From assembly GCA_951804945.1 (NCBI GenBank), contig OX638164.1, positions 12,524,001 to 12,588,000 on the forward strand: a stretch of 64,000 bases of DNA. Direction: 5' to 3'. Position 1 is the stretch's first letter. Every line of letters begins with the position of its first letter. This DNA comes from Podarcis cretensis (Eukaryota). The notes beneath the pieces are model-generated. The model was not told the origin of the DNA. It saw only the letters and a list, made by a program, of their open reading frames with translations, and did not search any database. Of the stretch, positions 52,022 through 64,000 are shown in pieces. The position numbers and the translations under genes are program-made.

Positions 52022-53833
52022 CTGCAAAGTGGTAGAATAAAGAGTTATTTTCTCTTCTGTCCTTTCATAACAGCTCCTCTAATAAGCATTAACATTGTAA
52101 TTTTCAGCTCTCCAGGAACACCCTAAGTGATAACTTTAACAACTTTTCTTGGGAGTAATATAATCTGATAATGAATATAGAATAACTATTCACACTAGTT
52201 ATCAGAGAAGAACATTTTCTCAAATGCCCTCTAAATCACTGCACAACGCAGTCCCACCAGGCCCGTTTCAAGCATAAATTTAAAGGTTAATAAGGATATA
52301 ACATTTTAAACTATCAGAAACAATATAAATGTGTGTGTGTGAGACGCTTGAAGGGAAATGGGGGGAGGCTTATAACAAAGCAGCAAAAACAGGGAATCGT
52401 CATCATGGTCATAATAATGCCCATGAAATGCGAAAAATGAAAACATGCAAAATTTATCAGCTCACATATCAAGGAAAACGAGCACAAATTATTTGCATGA
52501 CCCAACACAGGCTTAAAAAACAGAGGAGACTCTGTTTTGCATTTTAATAATCAAGCATTCCACAGTGATAGAACCCAAGAATTGCTTGGTATTTCTTAAG
52601 CTCTATGAAGCGCCTGGAAATCACAAAGACATTCCCTTTGTATTTTACTCTCCAAGTCCTCAATAAGTGACTCAACAAAAGCAAACTATTCAATTGGCCA
52701 GCCTGGTGTGTTGGCCTGTCAAGGCTGCTGGGAAAGTCAAAACTGTGCAGTTAGGCCAATGGTTTTCAAAACTGCCCACTGCAGAAAAAACCTCTCCATT
52801 TAGTTTGCATATTTATCATTATTATTATTTTACAAATTTATGAACTGATTCACTGCCCGAAGCCTTTGAAACGTTGTACAAGAAGGCAAAAATGAGATAA
52901 AATACAAGTCCGACAAACAATAAAAGCATTCTTACAAACCCTAAAAACAACAAAACAATTTCTACAGCTATAAATAACAATCTGTAAATGAATGGGTCAC
53001 ACCCCAGGGAAAGAGTTCTTACACAAAAATGCCTTCAGAAGGCGCTGGGCACCTGCTTAATTTCAGCTGGTTACTAATTCCAGAGGGCTGGAGCGGCAAC
53101 ACTAGAAGCCCGGTTTCCAGTACAAACTAGACACCCCTCTGGGACACGTGGTAGTCTCTGCAGTGCGTAAGCAAACTTCCCAAACTAACACACAATTGGA
53201 AGGTAGTTATTCTTTGGTTTTGGCACTTTAAGTGCTCCAGAGTCATTTCAAAAAAGACAGTAATATGCATATTTTGTGACCAAAAATACTTTTAAAATGT
53301 GAATATCTGTAGGCCTTTAAAAAACAATCACAGAATGATGAGGAAATGGGACAGTGGACTGGACTGGAAAGAGACTGATCTGTTCATCCCTAGCCTTGGG
53401 ACATGTTTTTGGGTTGGTGGATAAGCATCAAGGAGGCTCACTTGACTTACAAGCTTTTGAGGAGGTAAATGATTTCCGGAAAAGAGATAAAGGTGTGGGG
53501 AAAGCTGCATTTATTTAAATTTCTGTGCATGAATTGCAGTAAACAGGATGCTGAACTAACTATATCTTTGGTCTGATTCAATAGGATTTCTCTTATGAAA
53601 ACCATTAATCCACAAAGGAATTAAAGACCTTGGACAAAGTTCAGGGCACTCACAGCTCCTAGATTTTTTGGGTGGTAGTGAAGCAACATGTTTGAAGCCA
53701 CAAACATGTCCACAACCAACATGCATGAGATGTATTCTCTCAGTTTTAGCGAGTTGGTTCTTAGTTTGAAATCATTGTATTTTTTCCACCCAGAAAAAAA
53801 CGTATTGCTGATTTCAACTATATATATACTTAC

Positions 53834-53892
53834 TTCAATTCTTTCTTAACCTCGTCATAGTCAGCTTGCACCTTCAATTTTTCTTCCAGTTG
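53834..53892 (-). CDS. CUX1: CUX1 exon ~12 (59 nt): QLEEKLKVQADYDEVKKEL(N)
   Basis: cttttaag|CAACTG...TTGAA|gtaagt; ends in phase 2, completed by the next exon. Confidence 0.95.
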
Positions 53893-55209
53893 CTTAAAAG
53901 AAAAAGTGCAGCATTATTTTGATTAGATTAAAATTCTTCAACCTGACAAGTCAGACCCAACAAAAACGACAGACAGGATCAGATTGGTGGGTGGGATGGC
54001 CCCATTCTCTGGAGAGGAGGCAGAAGACTGTCTGGGACCCTGCCTGTCATCACCTGTGGGATGTGTTATCCCTATGAGAGGAATGACCTTCCTCTTGAGC
54101 CAGCAAAAATGGATGCCCACCAAGGCAGAAAGAGGAGATACCTACAGTCTGATGTGATCAGGCCATTTAGGCGCCAAGTGCCCCCCATCTCATTGCAACA
54201 GTTGTGGGAAGAAATTAGCATAGCAATTGTCTGGAAGAACCCAGCAAAATGCAAAGCAGAACAAAAGGTTCAAGCTGTGAGACAATCTGGAGGAACTAAT
54301 ATCTGGCTCCAACTATCGACTTGGTTCGTTTTTCAGACAAAATAAAAGGCATGTTTCTAATGTCACGCAAGGTCTAAAAATACACCCTCTGGGAGCTTGC
54401 AAAATGATGCACTAACAGGAGTGGAGTTGGTGGGGGGGGGGGAGACTCCCATGCAGTAGCTCAGGAAAAGGCATCTTATCAAGAAGCCAATCTAAGTTTA
54501 TTAACCTACTCACTGGGTACAAAGAATGAACAAGAAAAAGCAGCCAAGAAGCAAAAACGGTTCCTCTTCCAGGTCCTACCCTTAAGGCCTTTATTAAATG
54601 ATTATATAATATTTTCAGATGGCCTGCATTCAAAACAGAAAGCTGCATCCCTTTCTTCTTAACCCTTTTCCCCAAGATAAATGTACCGGTTTTGATTCTT
54701 GCTACTGAACCAGGACAGCCACGTTAACAGTGCACAACCAAAGATACACAGACAGGAAAGGCTCAGTTTCTCCCTCCCTCCCCTGCCATCCTGTGCCACT
54801 ACCAGACAGGGTTGACAACACTGGGTGAGAAAGATCAGTGGTTTGAGTCACTGTAAGGCAGTTCTCTCTGGCAGGACCCACAGCTCAGGGGTGCAGCATG
54901 TGTTGTGTTTGCAGACATTTTCAGAAGCAACAACCACAATTATCATAACAGGGCCAGTTTCAAATCATAAAGACGGGCTCCATAATACACACCACCACCC
55001 ATAACTTTTGCTTTGCTTCCCAATCAGCGATGGTGAGACAAGGAGGCCAGAGTGAGCACCCTGAGAGCTGGCAACACTTGTTTGCTGAGCAAAGCAGTGA
55101 TGCTCAGAATACGAACCTGTGGGCGGCACCCAAATTCCTGGACAGAGAATGGAATCCATTTGAACTGGTGCGGTGAAGTGCTTAACAGTTGTGGGCAAGG
55201 ACTGGGGGA

Positions 55210-55395
55210 CATCAAGATTCAAATCCCTACTAAGCCATGAAGCCTCCTGGGTGACTTTGGCCACTCGTTATCTCTCAACCTATCCTATGTCAATGGGGTT
55301 GTTGTGAGGATATAATGGGAAGAGGGAGAACCAAGAACTGTGTGTGCTGCCTTGAGCTCACTGGAGGAGAGGAGGAATATAAACGTAATAGAAAC
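55210..55395 (+). mobile_element. MIR/CORE-like SINE remnant (relatives near 20815-20900, 41890-42060, 58075-58290)
   Basis: ttcaaatccc B-box, gggtgactttggcc and ggggttgttgtgagga core motifs. Confidence 0.65.
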
Positions 55396-55794
55396 AAAGG
55401 CTTGCTCCTTCTTATGCCACATGTTGTTTTCTCTTGCTTCAGCCAGATTACAACAGAATGGATCTGAATTTTGAACATGAGTAAGTAGGAATCACTGTGG
55501 CAAGTCCACTGAGAAATTGTCATTTGTGTTGGAGGATGTTAAAAGTTAAAAACAAACACATTTGCAGGGCCGGAAGGAGCTTGGTAACACCGGGGGAAAA
55601 GAATGCCCCTTACAACAGCACCACAGGCATACATTGACCACTAGTCATGATGCCCACATACTACCTATGGGATCAGAGGTGCCATGTCTCTGTGAACCAG
55701 AAGTAGGAGAGGGCTACTGTCTTGCCACAGGCATCTGATTGGCCACCTTGGGAAATAGGAGATAGGCCTTTGGGCTGATCCACCAGGGCTCTTA

Positions 55795-56058
<264 letters not shown>

Positions 56059-57060
56059 CTAAAAGACAAGGGGGGGGTGGGTGAAGTGAGAAAGGGGTAG
56101 AGAGATAGAGAGAAATCACACCCTGGCAAAACAGCAGGCCTAAAAACACCTGTAGTTCATCCAGAAATGATGGCCGAGGCAAGAGATTAAAGGGCAGGTA
56201 TCAGAGACAGGCAACCCAGAAAAGTCTATCCACACAAACCCCGTTTAACTTTGGTTGCTTCTGAAAGGTATGAAAACATGTCTGTTGAAAGGGGTGACAA
56301 AAATATTTCCAACTTAATAGGTCAGATTACTGTAATTTTCTCTACATGGGGCTGCCCTTGAAGCAAGTCTGAAAACTTCTACTGATCTAAAATCATTGAC
56401 CAGAACTTGGGAAAATAAAATATATTTCCATTTCTGTCGGCTATCTATTTGTTTCTGGGCTTGATTTAAGAGCTGGCAATGATTTTTAAAGCTCCAAACA
56501 TCCTGGGACCAAGATACCTTAAGAACCATCTTCACCTGCATGAATCTGCCCAAAGTTTAAGGTTGGCGTGGTCTAGGAACTTAATTTTCAAAAATAAATA
56601 AATACAACCATGCAGATTCAGCTTTTGTATGAATTTTCACAACTACAGAAAGTGAAGAGCTGACTAGAAAAGCAACATGCCGCGTCTTTGCACACCATCT
56701 AGCACATTGCGACAATGCAAATAATTCTGATAGACGTTGCACTAAAAGAACTTCAGGGTCTTCAGTCCCTGGTTCAGGCACAGTCCCTGGTTTATTCCCG
56801 CTTTGAAATCTACAGGCTAGACAAAGCAAAGCTCCAAATGAGCAATCCCTACCTTACAGCTCTCCTATGAAAAAGGCAAGGTTGCTAAGCCCCACCATCC
56901 TCCCATCAATGTCCCAGCTCCAAACCAGGCACAACAAGCAGCTGTACTTGAAGGCATCGCAAGGGAAAGGTGATTCCCAAGAAACACAATTCTGGCGGCT
57001 GCTGAAAACCTCAGCTCTGCCTGGCAGCAAAGTGCAAGAAGCTGAGCTGGAGGTGTTTCA

Positions 57061-57315
<255 letters not shown>

Positions 57316-57354
57316 TTAACAACTGGCAATTATTGCACGAACATTCATCAATTC

Positions 57355-57498
57355 NNNNNNNNNNNNNNNNNNNNNNNNNNNNNNNNNNNNNNNNNNNNNN
57401 NNNNNNNNNNNNNNNNNNNNNNNNNNNNNNNNNNNNNNNNNNNNNNNNNNNNNNNNNNNNNNNNNNNNNNNNNNNNNNNNNNNNNNNNNNNNNNNNNN
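57355..57498. other. Assembly gap (144 N) in intron 9
   Basis: Run of N; the flanking exons join in frame, so no constitutive exon is missing. Confidence 0.99.
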
Positions 57499-58460
57499 AG
57501 GAGCAAGGAATCCCCTGCTGACACAAATGCTGCGGCCCACTGAATTTCCCAGGCTGGATGAATGCAAGTGGAAATGGAACCCTTTGATTCAATTGCCTTC
57601 TATACTCCCAGCCAAAGCAGGCTGTGCTGCAAGATTCCTCATGGGAATAATTCTCACGAGTAAATGCTGAATTAAGAGATCCTCGGCCTGCTTTGCCTGA
57701 AACAAGCACAATGTTTTTCTGACAAGCCTCTTTTCTCCATCGCTATTTCTCTCTCCTGCTCACACAGACAGGGTGAAGCTTGCAAGCTAGGGAAAGATGT
57801 TTAATTCAGGGGAAGCCAATGCACTGCTCTAGAGATATTTGGAGTCCAAGCCGCACCAGCCCCAGCCAGGATGACATGAGAAGTAGCACACGATTTGGAG
57901 GGCTATTCCTGTTTTAGTCAATGAAAACATTGATCATCCAGCATAACTGTAGTTATAAAGGTGCCCCATAACAAATGTACAATAGGCAGCTCATAAAACA
58001 GATGCTACAATTAAAATACAATACGAACAATGAAACAATAGTTATTAAAAACAAACGCACAAACAAAATTAAATCCCATGTTATATTTTTATCCTGCCCC
58101 TCCTCCTAAGGAACTACTGCCAAATACATTACTCCTTTTCCTCCAAGGAAACCACAGTGGCACATTTCATCCTCACATTAGTGTTGTGTCACAGGTTTGG
58201 CTAAGACAACAGAATGTTCACCAGAATGTGTGCAAGGCAAGTGAAACTCTGCTTGCTAGGCTTTGAATCAGACGAAATAGTAAAGTGGAATGGGTGGGGG
58301 TTCTCCAGATGTTGTAGGACTACAATTCCCATCATCCCTAGCCCTTGGTCATGCAGGCTGAGGCTGATGGGAGTTACAGTGCTACAACTCTGATAAGCAT
58401 GACACTTCAAGGCTGTCTTTACAATCCAACCGACAATACTGGCTTTAAAAAAAACCTTAC

Positions 58461-58509
58461 CTGATTTGCCCTTTCAAGGTCTGTCATGATAATCTCAATT
58501 TCATCAGAC
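58461..58509 (-). CDS. CUX1: CUX1 exon ~9 (49 nt), coiled coil: SDEIEIIMTDLERANQ
   Basis: ttttcttccag|GTCTGAT...AATCAG|gtaagg; matches CUX1/CASP ADEIEMIMTDLERANQ. Confidence 0.95.
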
Positions 58510-61500
58510 CTGGAAGAAAACCAGAAATAGGATACATTAATCAATGATCAAGTCAAATTACCGGTCAGCTGTGGGTAGCTTTGCACTCCAGTGTTTGATT
58601 TTTCTCTCCCCCCCCCCCCCCCCCAGTATGCTACATCTCTGCAATATATTTGTAACACAGCAGGGTTAAGTACAAACACACTGATTTCAAACTGATTTTT
58701 AGGGCAGTCACTCCATACCCCTGATCATCCTAACTCATCACAGTTTTCAATGGAATATTAACAGATAAAACTTTCTCCAGTTTCAGACCCTTAATAAACC
58801 CCGTCTCAATGTAGAACATGAATTTTGACATGCTGGTTCCTTGTAACATGGTAACACCATGAATGGTAAGGAAGGGTTTTCAAGTTGCTACCATGTGATC
58901 AGATGGGCCAAACAGACTTGAACATAAAACAATACACTGGGAACTCCCATTCAGAAACTACTCTTTCAAATGTGAGTCTATGGGGGAGAATGTATTCTTG
59001 TCGCCTCTTCAAAATTGCAAGAGTGACTCTTGATTATTTGCTAATTTATATACTGTGGCATGGCTGGTTATGTTATCCCCCTGCCCCCAAAAGTGGGCAA
59101 GGAGGCTACATCAAAAAGACAAAGCCAATTATGTGCAACACCCTTAATATACTCTTAATGTGACTCCATAAATGTCTGGTGTCCGTAACAGCATAAGTAT
59201 CTTCTTGATTCCATCTCTTCTATGTGACTGACTTAATATTCCCAAATTTGGTATAGATAGCCATAGTCAATCAAATATATAAATGGTTGTACAGGTTGTG
59301 TGTACACACACGCATTCAAAATTTCACATTTCTTCATGGTGGTGGGAAGGGTTTCTCTGTGGCTACATAGTTCATGGAAATTTATATCTCTGCTAATTCT
59401 ACAGCACTTTTTAAATGGTAGGTCCTAGAGTAAACTGCACTGCAAAGACATCCTAATCCTATTTAAAGTTGCTCAGAAATTCGATGAGGAATTGAGGGGA
59501 GGAATGACTTTTCACGCTATAAACTTTGTGTTGGGCTTGCAGCTCCTATCTCAAGAACTCAGGCAGGTGATAAATATTTTAATTAAAGCATTTAAACCAA
59601 CAACAAACCTCTAATTTATTGGTGCATGGTAACAGCTTTTCAAACGGTGCTGAACCGCTGAGCCTACAGAAAAGCAACCATCTGAACCATCTCTGGACCT
59701 TGCTTCATTTCCAGTACTGAACACAGCAAAAGCACTTCTGAAGTCTTCTGCTAACACGCACTTCCAGAAGAACTTTACAAAAGACTACCCAGACAGAACT
59801 AGCCCAGAATTCCCAATTCCACAAAAGTGAATAAAGGTAATTGCCATCCATTACTATTTGCTCCCAGCAGCCAAGTATTGAGGTACGCTGGCTCTGAACA
59901 CGGATGTTCCATTTAGGGATCTTGTCTTGTAACCATTGACTGCCAGTTACGAATGTGTGTAATGCAGAATTCATTGTGATGTAGTGATAGTCATGGGCTG
60001 AGATGCTACACAAGACAATTTAGTGATAAATACACGGAGAAGAATATAGGTCTATCAATAGCTATTAGTCATGATGGTGAAATGGTCTCTCCATGTTTAG
60101 AGGCCATCATCATCAACAACAACAACATGAGTCGGGGTACCATTTTCTAGGGAACAATAGCAGCAGTGGGCTATTGCCTTCAGCTTATGGGCATCTTGAA
60201 GGCATAAGCTTAGGTGCTGGTGGAAAGAAGATGCTGGACTAGATAGAATTTTGGTCCAATCTGCAGAGATCTTCTTAATCCTATTCTAACATAATCTAAA
60301 GTACCAAACATCACACACCTTGAGCCAGGGAGTTCTATTAGGCAGAATCTTCTCTGTCCAGAACTTACTGCTAGCCTACATACAAAGAGTTCACTTAACA
60401 TATGCAACATGTTGGTCACCTGCCAGTTCTGCTTGTGGCACTTCCTAGGCGTGAAAGGCTTGTTGTATCTTCCTTTTTCACATGCGGGAGGACCAAAAAC
60501 CCACAGAGAATATATATTTGAAATTTACTGCGGAGGCAAACGTTTCTGTTTTATTAGCTGGACAGGGTAACGTTTTTTGGCAAGGGGAAAAAAGTAACAT
60601 TTTCCCAGTTGCTGTTTTCTTCTTTTTATTGCACTGAGTAACTGTTAATATGAAGCCACAAGGGCTCGTTAAAATGCGCTGCTAAATTTTTTTATTACAA
60701 CCTCTTGCAAATAATAAAAAAAACCCTACAGTTCCCCCTACTGATATTGGGGAACTGTACAATTCACTTAAATAAAAGAACGGCATTGCATCCCTGACTT
60801 AACAATGGCAAAGAAAATAGTGGAAGGGATAGAGAAGATTGGGGTGCAATAGCTAGTTCCGGTCTCCCAAGGAGGCTCAAGATGTTCCTTTCTCAGACCG
60901 GCAGCTAGGGCCGCCCAGGAGATTTTGCGGAAAATGCCTCCCCCCCCCCCGCATGCCTGCCTGTCACTGCTTGCCCACTGCTGCCCAAGAACAGGGTGGG
61001 TGGGGCTCACAGCAGAGGAGGAAGTGGCTTACAAGGGCAGGAAGCAGATCTGCCACACCTGCCCACTGTCTGGAGCCTGCCACCTCATGGGCAGGCCAGC
61101 CCTGCCAGCTGCGCAGTAAGCTGATTTTGCAACAGAGGGGAGGTTCGGAGGCAGTTTCTGATACCGTACCGTAGAGGAGTCTAAAGAATACAAAAGGAGG
61201 GAGGGAGAAAATTCCAGAGGGCACAAGCAAGCTCTTAAATGAAGGGCTGGCACGTAAGACAATCAATTATTTGATCCAGCTTAAATATTCAATGAATCAC
61301 AAGGATGGTGATGATCAGAGTATGAGCCATTTTGCAAAACTCCTTCTAAAAAGTCTCACATTTTAATAGCTACTGTTACTTTGCTTTGTTTCTGGTTTAC
61401 ATCCAATAAATAAAAAAGTACATGGAGGTTGACCCTGCCATTCCTAGATAAAAGCCAGAGACTACAGCGAGTTCTATGAATGCTTTGCATTTTACCTAAC

Positions 61501-62463
61501 CTTGCTAAAAGTAATAATACTACGCTTTTTAAAGTTAATTCCAGTGTTTTATAATAGCAGCTATGCTAATGAAACAATCTGTTTTGTTATGTTGATAATG
61601 TTAAAACATTTTTCTGCTTGAGCAAATCTTGGGGGGGGGGTGTTGTTTTGTTAATATTAATAAAAACAATAATTTACACCCAATCATTTTTTAAGATTAT
61701 TATGAGCTCTGGTGAACAAATTAAGGTTCACATGAGCATCTCTGATGTCCAACTACATAGCTTCTCAAAATTGTTAAGCAAAGTAGATATCCATAGCAGA
61801 TCTTTTAGGTGAAGGAGAGTTCATTTCTCTTGTTTCAATTTGACTTTCTCTCCTTTGCTATTAATGGGGGCTGGTGGAAGAGTTAAACTGGAAAGAGAAA
61901 TTTTTTATGTCCAACTGGTACAGATTTATCTGCTGGACTTTTATGGAAAACCTTCAATAAACCTTAAATAATTAAGGAACAGACAGGAAGCTTTTAGGCT
62001 GCTCCAAAAATTCTGTGCAACTGTGTCCTTCAAGAGCCAGCTACGTTACAAAGTAAACCATAAACTTAGGACCTTAACAAAGGGGGTGGGGATATTCTCT
62101 TGTTCACTCTGTGAAGAGTGTGTGTGTGCAGAGAGGGGGAAAGAGACAATGAGTGTATTTTTGTGTGTGTTTAGCAGGGGTGGCGTTTCTTTAGAATGAA
62201 GGAATCGGAGAACTACAATTTTTGGTGTTTGAGACACTTTACAGGAGCGGTGCATTAGGATTATGTTCAAGTGTGGCTTAAGAAGCTACTGTTCAAGAAA
62301 TCGTAATGATAAAGTCCCACACTAAGTCAAGTTCTTTCTTCCCAGGAATATCAAGACAACAAAATGGATGAACACTATCCAACATGTAAACATTTTGCCT
62401 CTTGGCACCGTTGCAAAGGGAAAACCAAGTCAATCATGTTTTTAAAGATACCTGAAAAGAATA

Positions 62464-62493
62464 CAGTGGTACCTTGGGTTAAATACTTAATTC
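62464..62493. mobile_element. Solo terminus of the CAGTGGTACC MITE family
   Basis: TA|cagtggtaccttgggttaaatacttaattc is the reverse complement of the family's right end. Confidence 0.7.
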
Positions 62494-64000
62494 TTATATC
62501 ACTGTGTTCCATAACCTTAAGTAATGTCAGTTACATTTCAGTTACAGTAATAATCCCCTAGTCAACAGCTACATAATTAATGATTTCCATTCGTCATGGT
62601 ACAATATATAAATTTATAAAGCTTCAAGTGAGGAACTCAAACTATTATTTTTAGTCTGCCCTGTGTGTGAAAACTGTTATATCCAGGGAGATTCCTTCTG
62701 TCCATATATGGACTGCATTCATTTCAAGGAGACTGACATAACATAAGCTTACTTGGACTCGAGGCCTCTTCTTCAGATGCAGTGAGTGTTACCTTCATGC
62801 AACGAAGTGGGTTCTAGTCACAAAAGATGCTGCTGCAATCAATTCATGGGTCTTTAAAGGAGAACCATGGGGAACTGACTTTTTGGCAGCTCATATGAAG
62901 GGAGACTCCTCAGTAGGCAACTGGAGCCAGGGAGGGGGTGTGGGGAGAAGGCATGAAATATTGTCTCCGGCCCCTGCTCTTTTAATTGCAGCTCCATTAT
63001 GTCTGCTCCAGCCCCTAGCAGCATCAGGCCTGCCAGAGGAATCTTTACTATTTTTATGATTCGCCATAAACCTGCTGAAATAACATACCTCATTCTTGTA
63101 ATAAGCAGAGACCTTTCATGCAAAATTTAAAAGCTGCTGATCTAATGCCTGTTAACCTGCGAACTGGTCACTCTTTGGAAGCCCTTCCTTAAGCCTCGCC
63201 CATGATTCACCTGCAGCGCACAGAGCTCTGTAAAGGAAAAGGCTGCATCCCACTAACAGAGGAAAACAGAGATTTGCTTCCTTGCTAGCATTTGCAGAAA
63301 ACAGAGACATCTGTAAGTTGAACGAGCATTTGGTACCAACAGTGAGGCTGCCCTTGGCTGAATGTTGCAGCGAGAAGTTCTATAGAATATTCTGGTTAGG
63401 GACTGCGACACTGCTTAAGTCAAACTCTGCTGCACCTGCTGGACACTTCAGCACTCGGCAGGGGAGTAAATCCTGCGCAGTCACAATGTAATGGATGGCT
63501 TTTGTACCCTCCGAGGGGGGGGGGAACCCCAGTAATAAACACTGCCTATAAGGTTGCAATTTAAGATTGGCTTGCAAAATGTCACTTAGAGAGCTAAGCT
63601 TAGGTGTTGCGTGCAAACACAGTCTGTTTGATCTGAATTGATGACACTTGGTGGTCACTGATGGAAGGAAGAAGTTGGGCTAGATGGACCTTTGATCTGA
63701 TCTAGAAAGGCCCTCATTTTTCCAGATATGTGCTTCCTGAAAACTAAAGTATTCCACTAGGCTGCAAAGAATCTAAGAAGCACCACCAAAATAGAGCCTT
63801 CTATTTGCAACGAAATCAAGGGAGGTCAGCCGGGTGTGTCCTCCAAGCACCGTTTACTATTATATGGCTCACTTGTAAGGAGCAAGGATACCCTTGTGCT
63901 AATTTGATGGCAGGATTGGGACCCCTAAGTCGCTTCTAGAGCCAGAAAAGGTCTCCCTTACATCCATCTCCAGGGCTCTGCAAGCATGTGCTAAAGGAAA

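Noticed and set aside
58510-64000. CUX1 exon 8
   Set aside because: No LEKTRTELFDLKTKYDEE-coding sequence found; the region is intron 8.

Overview
This is eukaryotic genomic DNA from a squamate reptile; the repeat complement points to a lacertid lizard. The whole 64 kb lies inside one minus-strand gene, CUX1 (cut-like homeobox 1). I resolved 13 consecutive coding exons, equivalent to human exons 9-21 (numbering recalled from the human gene). All have GT-AG boundaries and join in frame, giving 2,750 nt and 916 complete codons. They encode the end of the N-terminal coiled coil shared with the Golgi isoform CASP, CUT repeat 1, CUT repeat 2 and the start of CUT repeat 3. Exons 1-8, the rest of CUT3, the homeodomain and the CASP-specific exons are outside the window. 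Introns contain typical lizard repeats: a BovB 3' end with a perfect 12-bp target-site duplication (TSD), three Sauria SINEs, RTE, CR1 and L1-like fragments, a tRNA-Lys/CR1-tail SINE, and Tc1/mariner and hAT MITEs, including two nested insertions. There are also microsatellites, several enhancer-like non-coding blocks and a 144-N assembly gap. I see no evidence of a new multi-gene system. The best leads concern CUX1 isoform regulation (candidate intronic enhancers, internal starts, cryptic exons) and transposon biology (nesting, a transposon-borne CTCF motif). Almost all other ORFs in the supplied track are spurious.
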